DNA of 64,000 nt, taken from NCBI RefSeq assembly GCF_009914755.1, contig NC_060947.1, one strand, 5' to 3'. Numbering within the stretch: position 1 is the stretch's first letter; every line of letters starts with the position of its first letter. Of the stretch, positions 11,972 to 26,968 are shown piece by piece. Made by a program: the position numbers and the translations under genes. Origin of the DNA: the human T2T-CHM13v2.0 reference genome, Homo sapiens. The notes below the pieces were generated by a model that searched no databases, was not told the DNA's origin, and worked only from the letters and a program-made list of their open reading frames with translations.

Positions 11972-13739
11972 TGCACACCGTGCTTTATGATCATCCATTT
12001 TCTCAGGCCTCATTGGGTTGGAGCTGCCTTTACTAGTTATGCCCTGAGAAACACGGATGGGATTTGGAATCAGAAGATATGGCTTCCTCCCTATCTCTTG
12101 GCTGTGTGATGCCTGCCAACAGCATGGCTAGGAAGATTAAATGAGGTACAGTGTGTGCAACTGCTTTGTAAAGCGCAAGGGGTGGCTAAGCAAATATGAT
12201 ACTTATCACTGCCAAATACAACAATAGATAAGCAAGTTCAATGGAGTTGGTCACGTTCCTACCAAGATAGGAAAAGATTGTCTATCCTGTCTGGTTTCTC
12301 TGAAAAATACAGCAAAGTCTGTGGCCAGCAAGTCGGTCCATGGTTCTATCCATTCACCATTATTTTGCTACAATGTAAGCTTCACGGGATCAGAATTCTG
12401 CCTGTTAGCACACTTTCTTCACTGATGTGCCCCTAAAGCCTAGGACAGTACCTTGTGCATATCAAACAGTCAAAATATGAAGTGTGTGGGTGAATGAATC
12501 TTTTTGATCATCTACTGGAAAGGACGTCAAGGGTAATGACTGTAAATATTTTCAAGTGGGCGAGGTACTCACACAAAAATATCAGCTGACAGCAGAATAT
12601 TACATCACTCATCTTTAAGCGAAGGATACCAAGTTATTTTTAATGACAAAAAGCACTGAAGCTCAGGGATGGTGCGTAAAATGATCCTAAAGCCAGGGCT
12701 ACATTCTGTGGTAGCACAGCTGGAAAACGCTGTGCTAGGTTGCTCTGGAGGTGATACAGAACCCTCCCCTGATCCTGGGGGCAGATTCCAGAATGGAGCA
12801 AGAATGTGAATCTTATCCATAGCTTATATATATATTGAGCACCTATTTTGTCCTGGGTATATAGTCATATCATTCATCTCAGCCTCACCACAACCCTAAG
12901 CGACAGGAATCATAGTCCTCCTTTTTCCAGATGAGTAAACTGGGAATCAGAGAAGTTAGGTAGCTTACACATTGCCATGTGAGACTCCTGTTAAGCGGCA
13001 GAAGTAGGATCTGAAACTGGTCTCTCCAAGTCCAAAATACACACTTTGCTTTTAAACATTAGATGGCATTGCCTTCCATTATCTGCGGGCTGGTCCAAAA
13101 TGCTAATATGAGATACGTCCGTTTTTAGGTGAAGTTCTAAACCACTAGAGGGATATGGACACCATAAATTGAAAGGGAGCCACATGGATACAAACTATCT
13201 TGCTAACAGGAGCTCAAAATTTAATACAGCATACGGTATAGGTTGTTGTGGAAATACAAAGAAACTTGTTTGCTTTCCATAAATAATCCTACTTTCTGAG
13301 TACACAATCCAATGGTTACTACAGGTGAGCAGGGGTGACCAGTTACATTTCTCCAATGAATTAAACATTCTTCAGCCTCTTCCAGTCTGGCTACTCTCTT
13401 TCAAGCAATCATTGAGTCAATTCTAAGATCTATGGACACCTCCGTCTCCTTTTATAAAATCATGTCTGGGGATTGGAGGAAGGGGTGTGACATAAGCGAT
13501 AGTAGAGAGGCTTTGCAGCGGCGGTCGGGGGGAGGTCCCCAGTTTGAGTGCTATGCTCTGGATTCTGCTGATACGTGTATACAACCTGTGTGTTCCTTTC
13601 TTAGTGAACCTTTTTTTTCCTCTTTCAAATATTGTGGATCCATATGAGATTTGGTTGCAACTCAGAGTTGAGACTTCAATGTGGGTGCTCAGTGCACATT
13701 TGCTGTGGCAATGGTCTCTGATCATTTTTCATCAGACAT

Positions 13740-14200
13740 TGTACTGGATTGAATGATGTCCCCCCCCCAAAATACATGTCCACCCTGAACCTCACAAGGT
13801 GACCTTATTTGGAGACAGTGTCTTCACAGATGTAATTCGTTAAGAGGAAGGCATACCCGATTGGGGTGGACCCGCAATCCAATATGACTGATGCCCTCAT
13901 AAAAAAGAGTAGAGAATACACGGAGACACAGACACACGAGGAGGAGAACACCGTGTGAACATGAAGGCAGAGATTGGAGTGAGGTGTCTACAAGCCAAGG
14001 AACACGAAGATTGCCATAAGCACCAGAAGCTGGAAGAGACAAGGAAGGATCCTCCCCTGGAGGATTCAGAGGTAGCATGGTCCTGCCAATACCTTGCTTT
14101 CAGATTTCTAGCCCCCAGAACTGTGAGAGAATACATTTCTGTTGTATTCAGTAACGGAGTTTGTGGTAATTTGTCACAGCAGCACCGAAAAACAAATACA
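13740..14200 (+). mobile_element. ERVL-MaLR solo LTR, MLT1B/C-like (mirror 53329-53789, -)
   Basis: Begins TGTactggattgaatgatgtccccc, has internal gtgaccttatttgga and caagccaaggaacac, and ends tttgtcacagcagc...aataCA. Confidence 0.85.
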
Positions 14201-15949
14201 CCAACAGTAATAAAAGATGTTGAGCCCACACCTGCAATATATGTATCTTTGTAAATTTACAAATTATGTACTGGAAACGCTGTATAAATATGGAATTCTC
14301 AGTATAAAACACACACACCAAAATTAGACTTTTAAAAGAAAGTAATAAAAATGAATATGCATAGACTTGCTAATGTTTCCTTCCCATGCCTCAATGGCTC
14401 TTCTTGCCATCTCTGCATGTGCACACCTCATTTTGTAGAACGAGGCGCTCCAAGATCTCCTCACCCTGATTAGGGTGGCCATGGAGTGCTTGCCAGAAAA
14501 CATTCAGCTGCCTTCTGGACCCTTCCATCAGGCTGGTGAGACATTCTCAATCTCTTCTAAAGCAAATGGGAGCTGAGGAAAGTTCAGGAGTGCAGACGTG
14601 GGTCCAGTCTCTCCAAATCCACTCTGATTGACGTGTCTTCGCACAGACTGCAACAAATCTTTCCTCTTATAACAGTCAGAACGGCCCCAGTGTGGACAGC
14701 ACATGGCCCCCTCTATATCTGGCTTTCTCATCCATCTAATGCCTCCACCTGTAGGATTTTTCACAAGATTGTTTCAGGTCACATATAGCTAAATAATTTC
14801 AATCTCTGTCTCTGTCTCTGTCTCTGCCTCCCTCTCTCTCTCCATGTATTCCACCCTCTTTCTGTCTCACTTCCGGGGAGGGGGGAAGCATTGTGTTTTA
14901 CCTCTTTTGTCTAATTGCCAGAGACTTAATTCTCCGGTATAATGTTACCCTTTTCCTCAAGGGGATATCCTCTGGGGCCATCAGGGCTGTTGCAAGGCAA
15001 AACATTTATGGTAGAAGAATCAATAATACTCACATTTATTATTTCAATATAGCATCCCCGTTATACAGCTTTGCTTCTGGAAAGTACCCAATCCTGAAAG
15101 CAGCAGAGGGTGAAATCCTCACCCCCACCACCCCTGACCTCTGTCACCTGTACTGATATAACTTAGATGAGAAGCATCAAGGTGGGACTGCTCCTCTCTT
15201 GAATATAAAGCAAAAGGAGAGGCAGGGGGTGGGGGTGATCCTCACAGGTGAAGGTGATAGCTGATACCCTAGGCTCAAAATTCTACTGCTATTCCCTGGG
15301 GGACCCAGTAAGATCTGAATGGAGTGTTTCAAAGGGGCCTCTGTTTCAAAGGGGGCCTCACCCCTCTAAAAAGGGGCTGAGGGTTAGGCAGGCCTTTTTC
15401 TCCCAGAAGTGGGCAAAGGGACAACCCATCTAAGAACCTTTACCCTTGGGTAGGGGAGAACAACCTTTCCAAGGGATCCTGCCAGATCGACCACTCTCCT
15501 GGTGCACTAGTGGTAAGGAGAGAAAGTAACCCACTGCTCGAGTTCCCTAGACCGGTGTGTATGTTTTGGGTTCAAATATTGTTGGGGAGAGATGGCCTCT
15601 AATTGCCATGAACAGAATGTGGAGCATGTACCCCTTCCACAGTGACAATTAAAGTCTTTCTTTGTTTCTATTTACTTGCCCGTTTTTTCATTATAAAAAT
15701 TTTATTCATGAAACATATTAAATTTTGAAAATGGAAAAAAGAAGAAGAGAGTCACCCAAAAGCTGCCCAGGCTCAACCCTGTGGCTCAAGGATCAAGAGA
15801 ACCATGACTGCCTTTATCTTCCAGCCAGATTTGTAAACCGGGACCCGTTTGTTTCCCCAGTCCTGGCAAGAAGTGAGCAGGTTATATTTTCTTGAAAAAA
15901 GAAATGGCCCAGAAACAATGAGGGGAAAGTGGAATCTATCAAAAGACTC

Positions 15950-16370
15950 TAAGAGACACTGAAAATTACATGCAATGTGTGGAACTTTTCGGATCTTAAT
16001 GGGGTCACATGAACTGGAAAAAATCTTTCATGAGACAATTGGGAAAATGGAAAAGGTACTGGAGAGTAGATGATGTTCGGTCAGTCTTAGTCTTTTCTAG
16101 GGTATGATATTGTATCCTGCTTATGTTAAAACAGGCCCTTACCTATTAAAGTCTATTTCTGGATGAAAAGATTTGATGTCTATACTTGGCTTCTCTGTAC
16201 TCGGAAAAGAAAAATTAAAAGTATGATGGAGGATAGATGAAACAAGGATTGAAGAAAGTTAATGATTGTTGAAGTTGATGGCTCTTGAAATTAATGGGTA
16301 CATGGAGTGCATTCTAACATGCTTTCTGCTTTTATGTGTTTGAAGTTTTCATAATAAAAAGTTAAAAATG
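15950..16370 (+). mobile_element. Old L1 (L1ME-like) 3' end fragment (mirror ~51159-51579)
   Basis: Motifs tgcaatgtgtggaac, gggtacatggag and ttttcataataaaaagttaaaaa are typical of ancient L1 3' UTRs. Confidence 0.6.
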
Positions 16371-18175
16371 ACTTGCTTGCATTAGTGAGGGTAATGTGGG
16401 GGCAAGAGATTAGGAAGAAGAAAGAGTCATGTTCATGGAAACAATAGCAAGAGAAATATGAAAAATACCTGTGAACTACATATTCATAGACCTCATGCCA
16501 ATTGTAGATTCTGACAGAAATAAGCCACCCTTGAACAAATGGTTCAGCAAATGGCTCTGCAACATGAAACAGTGTTTATTTTCCCAGAGAAAGAACATGG
16601 ATGGAAGGCGTTGTCTTTTGGATTTCTTAATCAATCATAATTTACTTTTAAAAGGCACCGCTTTGCTGTTGTTGTTGAAGAACGAATGTACAAATTATTT
16701 ATAAAATAACATGGACCCTTGGTAAGAATGTTGAAGGCGTCCTGCTTGAGATTTTCTTACCTATAAGAAACCAGGTGACAGAAGGTATGAACTGTCTCAT
16801 ATGTGAGCTTGGTAGAGAAAGTATTTGAGATCCAGAGAGACTTAGGAGTCAGAAGCATGGGCTCATGTCTTTACCAAAGTCAGCGCCATTTTCAAGACAA
16901 TAGCAATATAACAAAGGAATCTTGCACTATTTAGAAACTTCTGTTTAGGGGATCCTCTGTCTCTGGGGATCCATTACACCGGGGCAGGAGGTGGCAATCT
17001 TACCAGAGTGCCCCACCAAATATCACACCCCTGTTCACTGCTGCACTAATGGTAAGGTACAGAGTGCTAAGTGAGAAAAGTTCAGAAAAGTGCGTGATTT
17101 TGTGTGTGTTTGGGGGGGGGATGCAGTAGTGTTTGTGCAAGTGTGTGTGAGTGTGTGTGTGTGTGTAAAGGCAAATCTTGTGGAGATAGGATGGCCTCTT
17201 ACTGGAAAGGGGAGATGAGAAGTTGTCCCATTATACATTAACTACATTTTAAAACCAAATGTAGAGGAAAGTGATCTGAAAGAGGTTTTATCCTTATTTT
17301 TTTAATTTTTTTTGTCTTTTATAAAACACACCACATTAGCACATTATAATGATTTTTGGAAACAAAGAAACACAAAAGTCACCTATTATCTCACCATCAC
17401 AAAGTCCCACCGTACGCATTGCAACATATGCAATCCCCCTCTTCTATGTATATTTTAGGTGGCTAAGATAATACCATAAATAGGTTTTATGTCTTGTATA
17501 TCTTTTTACTTGACTTCATCTTGATTTGTGAACGTAGGCATGTGAGTCCTCATGAAGATATAAAAATTCAATCACATTTGCCCACACATTGAACAAATTG
17601 CAGTTTTCATAATGATACAATTAGATGTAATCAGAGCTGGCCCTGAAAATCGAGAGCATTTGATCTCCACAGGCCTGATTGGCTCTAACGGCAGATGGAA
17701 GGAGCCTCAAGTCTCTCAATCACTGTCAAACTGTGAGGTGGGGCCTGACAGGAGCAGTGGAGGAAAAGGTGGTTTAAGGTCGTCACCCAACACAGGAGTC
17801 ATTTGCCCTTTCTACCATGCAGCTCACACAAAGTGGATCAACCACTGCTCCTGGGCACACAAACTGGTTTCTAAAAAAACAGAGCTGCAGTAGGGCAAAT
17901 CCCAGTGGAGAATCAGGAAAGCAACTGAGAGCTGAAGAGAATCTACCCTGGTGTCCAGAACGCCTTCCACCCCTAAAAGAGGGCCGGCAGAGGAAAGAAA
18001 CCTGGAGAGCACACACAAATGAGGATGGTATTCACAATAACTTACAAAGGTTATGGTAATATCAATCAGTACATAAATCAGCATATCAATGAAATATTGA
18101 AACGGGTTCTTTATATCCCCTCAATAAGTGATTTCTGACAAAACTATGTAACACAGGATTAAATTTGTAGCTTAA

Positions 18176-18567
<392 letters not shown>

Positions 18568-19269
18568 AGAACTTCCAAACTCTTTTGCAGCTGCAGTGAT
18601 ATAAGGAGCTGACTGGGTCCAGGGATTCTTCACACTTTCATTATTTCAATTTCTAGCTTTTCAGAATGTTGCTTCTTTCTGCAGGTTACTTGAAGTAAGA
18701 TGGTAAACACAGTTTATTGAGAAAAGACTTTCGAATATTTGCTTTATATCCTTTATGGCACCAGCCAGAGATAATTGAACATGATGACTTGTCACCAAAG
18801 TAAAACATCTGCAAAATTATCTGAATCGTTGGCTAAAATTTCAGACTTTCTTCCTAGCATTCCATGGTCAACGCCTTTCAAATTCGAATACATGTTCATC
18901 TGAGTGTTTTTGCATTAACCTCATTCTCTCAACCCATTCTTATGGCTACACACAGCATGTACGCGTAAGGTTTGGTACATGATTTCAGATGAGATTTCTC
19001 CCAAATTTCACATTTTAGATAAATTTCATTAGGCTTTCCACTGAAATAGTTGAAGTTGACTCTCCTGACATGAGCACTGAGATTCCTGTGTCCTGGAAAC
19101 CTCTCTGAGGGACATGCAAAGACACAGGTTTCATAGATGGGTGTAGAAATTTGGGGTGGGAGGAGGGACAGGCTTCTTACAGGTGGCCCCCAATATAGGG
19201 GCTGAAAGTAACCCTGTTTTTAGTGTGAAATGGACACCGCACAGATTATCCACTTTCCATGTTTCCATA

Positions 19270-19599
<330 letters not shown>

Positions 19600-21082
19600 T
19601 CCATGGTTTCTTTTATCCCCTCACTGCTGATATTGGCAACTATGATTTGGGGCCCCCAATAATGGATTATACATGGTGACATTCTGATGTGAATTTAGTG
19701 CACAACTTAAGCATGTTGTATTCCTGAGCATTAGCACTCTGTCTGTGGATCGACAGTTGTGACCTGAATTGCGATAGTGCTGGTTTAACTTTTAACGTTG
19801 TGAATTCAGTGAATTCACTGTACATTGTGAGTACAGATCTAAGAATTCACATCATGAAAACGAGAATGATGACAATACCACTGCCAGCATGACCAAAAAA
19901 AAAAAAAAAAAAAAAAAGACAGACAAATTATTGTGTTATTTTAGTGACGGATGGAAGAACACATAAGACTGGATTAGGGAGGTAAATGACAAAACCAGAA
20001 AACACTACGCAAAATGCAGAAATAACCTGGGGTCAGGTATGGTGGAGAAGGGGATGTGAAAGCAACCAAAAGACTCCCAAAAAAGTCACCAATGTCCCAT
20101 TGAAAACGGAGCCTGCTGAATTATTGTGGGCATACCACACTGACCCCACACACATTGTGCTTCCATTTCCTTGATTGCTCTATGAAGCTGAGTGAAGTTA
20201 CATTCAGAGTTTGCAACAAACATGTTCTGTACATGAATAAGAGAAAGTTTGATCACAGATGTGCTGGGACCTTAGAATGCGTGTAGAGCTTATTCTGTCA
20301 GATCTTACCAACTATCATGCTTTCTAGAGTGTATCAAGTGATGTGTCCATCCAATGGCAATGACCAAAACATCTCCCCCAAGCTCTTATGTAATTCGATT
20401 TGGAAAATGCAGTTGCAAATAGTCTTCTTGATTCCTGTGAAGATTTTAATGAAACCGCAGACACATAGAGCAAAAGATTGCTGATACCTTTCCAAATACA
20501 AACTCAGCTTTGCTCATCGATCTGCATAGTGGAAAGACAGAGCAAATGTACAATTTGGCAGAATCCATCCAGCCTACAAACTTCCTATCAAAGAAAATGA
20601 AAAGCTCTTACCTGTTAAATGTGCTGCACACCATGTACTCAACACTGATTTGAGAAGAAAAGTGTGATTTGCTTACCTGTGATTTTGAGACCTATATAGT
20701 GAAGGTTTGTTGCCACTTTTTAGTTTCCTCAAACATGCAGAAGTAATGAGGTTTGACAGAGACATGAGACTATAAGATGTCTGTCATTGCTGCCAACCAT
20801 GGAAAAGATGTTAAGATGTCCAGCTGCCCATAAAATCATATTTTCAAAGTGTGAGACACGAAGAATATCTTTCTCTTATTTGGAAATATGCTGAAGATAG
20901 GAATAAAGAAAAGGATTACAGTAAAATGGAGACGAGAGATACAGTAAAGCAGAAATGTATATGCCATTTCTCCAAAACTGTGCGAAGGTCCTTGAAGAGG
21001 CCATAAAGAGCTTAAGAACCTATCAACTGACTGCCCCTGAATTGTTCCATGTTATGTGCAGGTTGCAATGAAAACTGACATG

Positions 21083-21116
<34 letters not shown>

Positions 21117-23360
21117 CACTTTTTTTTTTTTTTTGGCAAAAAGACTGCTTGAGAAATCAAGAGAAAAAAAGGTCACTAGCAAAAGGCTTCCACATCAAAC
21201 AGGACTTTCTCAACTTCTTTGCTAATAATTTAACTTATAGGAAATCCAACTTCAACAATGCAAGTTCAAATTACCCTTGATCTTTAAAAACCTTTTTCCC
21301 GAGAAAGAGCGATGTAACATACAATGACATCCAGTGTGCTTCAGAGTGTTTAAGAATTATGGACACTTTAGCCATGAACAGTCTATAGGAGGAATCATTG
21401 ATACAAAGGACCCGATTGACTGACAAAGCAAGCCTTATGTATAGAAAGGAAATGCACATTTCTGGAAACCTGGAAATCAATTTCTACAATCTAAAACCTA
21501 CTGTAGGTAGAAGTAAAATCCATGCTCAAACGCTTTTGTTGAGAGGATATTTAGTTCAATGTCATTACATTGGACTGATGCCAGGAGGCAATCTAATGTG
21601 GCCTTGGGAAGAGGAGAACTGGATATGTCTAAGTAAATTATAAGTCTGGTTGAGTGCTGATTAGCCACTGCACAAAAGAAAAGAAAAAAGGAAGTTCTAA
21701 CATGGCGGGCAGTTCAGAGAAGAGTTATGACAGAAAAAATAAAAATATCTTACTATGTTGGTGACAGAATGAAACCAGCCAGTGGGTTTTTTTTTTTTTA
21801 ATGTAGGTAAGTATCTGTGTGGTTATTACTGCTGTTTCTGCATATGCCTTTTAAAAAGTCTTCTGGTTGTGTATGATAAAAAGTAATGATATAGCCAACA
21901 AAATTTTAAAATCCAATAAGAATTTTTCTAAAAACAGTTACCATAAATTGCCGTGTCAAAAGACAGAAAGGAACATTATGCTATACCGTTATATTTTTCA
22001 CATCTATTGTGTAAATAGTCCATTTATTTACTACTATTTGCCACTGTAAACTAGTCCCGTTGTCACCTTGTTTAAACAATGGCATTTATGAAACCAAAGA
22101 AAGAAATACGGAATGATATGTAATTGTAAGTGAACTCTTATTTTTCTTATTTTATGTTAAAGGAATAATGCATACATGTACTACTAATTATGACACAATG
22201 CTTTCTTGTCTCCAATGGATATATCCAAGGTTGATGTTCCCAAATTTTGGTCACCCCAACCTTCATTTTGTGATTTGTAAGATTTCTAGAAGGTTGCCCT
22301 CTCATTTCAGTAGACAGGTATCACAGGCGAGACTGAATTTTAATGGCAAAGACACAGCCATCATTTTATTTCTTTATGAAGTTCCATGAATATTTCATGG
22401 CCCAAGTGATTTTTCATTATACAGAAGATATTCCTCAAAATTCTGATATTTTCTGAGCATTTTTTCATTTGCTCTTTGAACACCGGGATAAAGTATTTTT
22501 GAATTTTCTGATTTCACATGCATGATGGCATGGGACTGATATATGCTGATCGTTTAATTTCTTCATCATCAATGACAGGACATTTTACTTATTTGAAGCA
22601 CGAGCATAACAGAACACAATTGTCGGTCTTTGAAATGTCTGTGTTTAGCAATTTCAACTTTTAGATCTGACATTTGAGGGCCATTTGCATCCAACATTGA
22701 AATCACTTGCAAACACAGTACACTCTAGTTGGAGAGAGGGATGTTGTGTCTGAGTGTGGAGGTTCAATCCTGACTCTACTATCTATTAGCTGTATGACAT
22801 TATTTCACCTCATCTGTAAGATGAGGATGGTAATAGTAAGCACCTCTTGCAACTATTTTTTCACTTAGTCGACAGACCATTCTGAAGGTTCGCTATGCTT
22901 CTAATAGGAACCAAGGATATTGCAATAAGCAAAAAAGAAAAACTGCCTTCCCTTGGGCCACTTTGATCCTATTGGAGGAGACATCACATGCACATATATT
23001 ATAAAGTGGGAAATAAAGTCAAATAAAATGAATAAAGGGAAATAAAATGCCCTTTATTCCCTGAGATGGTGGGTTGGGGAAGGCCTCTCTGGGTGATATT
23101 TAAGCAGAAACCTGAATGAAGGCAAGGCAAGTCATAGGGAAAGACAGTTCCAGGCAGAGGAATGTGTGAAAAGATCCTGAGAGGAAACTAAGCTAATGCT
23201 TTGAGAGGGAGCAAAGAGCTTACATATATTTCGCCTTCACTATGTGTCAGGCTCTGCCCTATGCACTTGCTATTTCTGTAGCTATTGAATTCTGTCCACA
23301 TCTCTCAAAGATAGGTGGTACTAGTATAATCAGCCTGGTTTTTACCAATGAAGGATTCAA

Positions 23361-24900
23361 GAAACATTGGGGAAGCTCTGCGGGACATTGGTCTGGGCAA
23401 AGTAATAATTCTTGAGTAATAACCCACAAGCGCAGGCAACCAACGCAAAAATGAACAAATGCGATCGCATCTAGTTAAATAGCTTCTGCACAGCAAAGGA
23501 TACAATCAACAAAGTGAAGCGACAGCCCACAGAATGGGAGAAAACATTTGCAAACTGTCCATCTGACAAAGGATGAATAACCAGAATATCTAAGGAGCTC
23601 AAATGACTCAATACAAAAAAGTCTAATAATCTGATTAAAATATGGGCAAAAGATCTGAATAGACATTTCTCAAAAGAAGACGTGCAAATGGCAAACAAGT
23701 ATGTGAAAAGGTGCTCAACGTCACTGACCATCAGAGAAATGCAGATCAAAACTACAATGAGACATCATCTCATCCCAGTTAAAATGGCTTTTATTCAAAA
23801 GGCAGGCAATAAGGAACGCTTGCGAGGGTGTGGAGAAAAGGGAACCCTCGAGCACTGGAGGGTGTGGAGAAAAGGTAACCCTCGAGCACTGTTGGTGGGA
23901 ATGTGAATTAATACAGCCACCATGGAGAACAGTTTGGAGGTTCCTTGAACAACTAAAATTAGAACTATCATATGATCCAGCAATCCCACTGCTAGGTATA
24001 TACCCAAAAGAAAGGAAATCACTATATTGAAGAGAGATCTGCACTCCCATCTTTATTGCAGCTCTATTCACAATAGCCAAGATTGGGAAGCAACCTAAGT
24101 GTCCATCAACAGACAAATGGATAAAGAAAATGTGGTACATATGCACAGTGGAGTACTATTCTGCCGGAAAAAGAATGAGATCCTCTCACTTGCAACAACA
24201 TGGATGGAACTGCAGGACATTATGTTAAGTGAAGTAGAATGATGGTAACCAGATGCTGGGAAAGGCGGGGGCTAGGGGAAGTGGACATGGTTAATGAGTA
24301 CAAAAATATGGTTAGGTAGAAAGAATAAGATCTGGTATTTCGGGCTGACTTATTTATTTATTTTTTTGAGACAGAGTCTCACTCCGTCACCCAGGCTGCA
24401 GTGCAGTGTCACGATCTCGCCCCTCACTGCAACTTCCGCCTCCTGCGTTCAAGCGATTCTCATGCCTCAGCCTCCCGAGTAGCTGGAAATTACAGGCCTG
24501 CGCCACCACACCAGGCTAATTTTTGTATTTTTAGTAGAGACGGGGTTTCGCCATGATGGCCAGGCTGGTCTCGAGCTCCTGGCCTCAAGTGATCCGTCCG
24601 CCTTGGCCTCCCAAAGTGCTGGGCTTACAGGCGTGAGCCACCGCGCCTGGCCCAGATCTGGTATTCGATACCACAACAGGGTGATTACGGTCAACAATAA
24701 TTAATTGTACATTTAAAAAGAACTAAAAGTATAATTGGAATGTTTGTAACACAAATAAATGATCAACGTTAGAGGTGATGGATACCCCATTTATCCTGAT
24801 GTGATTATTACACGTCGTATGCCTGTATCAAAATATCTCTTGTACCCCATAAATACATACAGCTACTATGTACCCATAAAAGTTAAAAATAAAAATTTAA
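23361..24900 (+). mobile_element. 5'-truncated L1 (L1MA-like): end of ORF2 plus 3' UTR, interrupted by an Alu
   Basis: L1 ORF2 C-terminal remnants ([30 protein letters not shown]; [14 protein letters not shown]) and an L1MA-type 3' UTR ending in an A-rich tail. Confidence 0.9.
24350..24652 (-). mobile_element. Alu inserted into the L1 3' UTR
   Basis: Alu dimer flanked by the repeat agatctggtatt (24328-24339 and 24654-24665). Confidence 0.95.
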
Positions 24901-25561
24901 CATTTCTGTTCTTTAAAAATTATCATAAAGAGAATGAGAAGATGACCAAAGACTGGGAGAAAATATCTGCAAATCATATACCTTATAGAGCACTTTTATC
25001 CTTTCATTCCTAGTTTTCTAATATTTTTGTTAAGTTTTAGTTAGGAATGTAGATTAAATTCGGAAAAATACTTTTTTTTCTGAATCTGTTGAGATGATCA
25101 CTTTGTTCTGTTAATGTCATGAATGAATTAGATTCATTCCTGAATGTTGAACTAGCCTTGTAATTTTTAATGAATATCACTTCATCGTTATATAATATCC
25201 TTTTATAGCTTGCTTGATTCAATTTGCTAATATTTTATTGAGAATTTTTGGATCTTGGTTCATGAGGGACATTGGTCTTTTCTGGTAATAAAAGACCAAT
25301 GTCTTTTATTGGTCTTTTCTGGTAATAAAAGACCAATGTCTTTTATTGGTCTTTTATCTGTGTCAGGTTTGGCTCTTTCTTCTTTGACTCGTGGGTAATT
25401 TAGAAATGTGATTTTTTAAGCACCATATAATGGAGACTTTTCTATGTATCTAAATATTATTGATTTCTAATCGGTTGTGAACAGAGGATGTACTCTGTAT
25501 GATTTTCTTCCTTCGGAATTAGTTAAAACTTGTGTTATGGTCCTAGAATATAGTGTATCTT

Positions 25562-25755
25562 AGGGTTGGCAAAGTACGCCCTGTGAGCTGGCAGCTTGTT
25601 ATTGTCAGTTAAGGGTTTTTTTTCTTTTTAATACGGTCACACCCATTTATTTATACATTATTTATGGATGCTTTTATACTAAAACGTCAGAGTTGAGTAG
25701 TTTACAAAACCTAAAATATTTACTATTTTTCTAAGAAAAAGTTTCTCAGTTCCTG
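25562..25755. mobile_element. MER58-like hAT-Charlie DNA transposon (mirror ~41774-41967)
   Basis: agggttggcaaa start and gagttgagtagtt...aaacctaaaatatttactat motifs. Confidence 0.65.
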
Positions 25756-25794
25756 TATCTTACTGAATACTAAGCACATTTCAAAAGATGTGTA

Positions 25795-26120
25795 CAGTCA
25801 GCCCTCCATATCTGCAGGTTACACATTTGTGGATTCAACCGTCAATTGAAAATACTTTAAAACATAAAACAGAAACAAAAATGACAATACAATAATAAAA
25901 AGTAATAATACAAATTAAAAAAAATACAGCATAACCATATTCACATAATCGTATTAGGTATTATAAGTTGTCTAGAGATGATTTAAAGTACACGAGCGTA
26001 TGTGCATAGGTTATATGCAAACACTATATACCATTTTATGTAAGAGACCTGAGCATCCAAGGATCTTGGTATTCACGGGAGTCCTGGAACCAATCCCCTG
26101 CAGATACTGAAGGAAGACTG
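25795..26120. mobile_element. MER2 (TcMar-Tigger) DNA transposon (mirror 41409-41734)
   Basis: ta|CAGTCagccctccatatctgcagg ... cctgcagatactgaaggaaGACTG|ta: terminal inverted repeats with a TA target duplication. Confidence 0.85.
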
Positions 26121-26968
26121 TATTTTATGGTGTACATTAGTGGTGTATTTCATAACTATCGATTACCACAAGTTGGTTCACAGTGTTGTTTAGTCTTCTA
26201 TATCTTTATTGACTTATGGCCTTTTGTTTTATGAATTATTGAAAGAGCAGTGTTAAAATATCCAACTGTGATTGTGGGTTTTCTATTTTTTTCTTTAATT
26301 CTGTCAGTTTTAAGTGTTAACACATTTATGATTTTGAAATAATGCTCTTTGTTTTTGTATCTCTCCTTCTTCATAAATAGGGCATACCAAAGTTTTGTGA
26401 GAAAAAAGAAAGAGAAAAGAGCACACGATATGCACTTAATAAATGGTCTGTAATTCTTTGGCCCACTAAGCAGGCAAAGTGCTCAGGGCATCGTAAAGCA
26501 AGCCTAGTCAGAGAGAGGTCTGTGCATGTGTGTGGGGAAAAGAGCTGCGCCTTTATTTTCACCCACCTCTAACTTACAGTGATCATGTCCTAAAACTATG
26601 AGCCTAGGCATGAAACTCCATTGATAGTAGTACTACATGTGACTGTGTCGCCAACAAAAATTTCGGTATCACATTACACTTCTTTCACATTTCTCAGAGT
26701 ATCACCTATGCTCAGCACTACTTTGAAACTATGGTAGTTATTATACCCATCTTGTGATAGTTATGTAAGGTTTAATTAAAAAAAAAATTTCCTCACATCA
26801 CAATATCTTTCTAAAAGTACAAAATGCCATCTCCATACAATGCATTTTTATAATCCCGTGTGTTTAGTTATATATATTTATGTTAAAAATATCATTGTCT
26901 TAAGGGATCCACCGGCTGTACCAGGATATCAAAGGGATCCAAGGCACCAAAAGGCTGAGGATCCCTAC

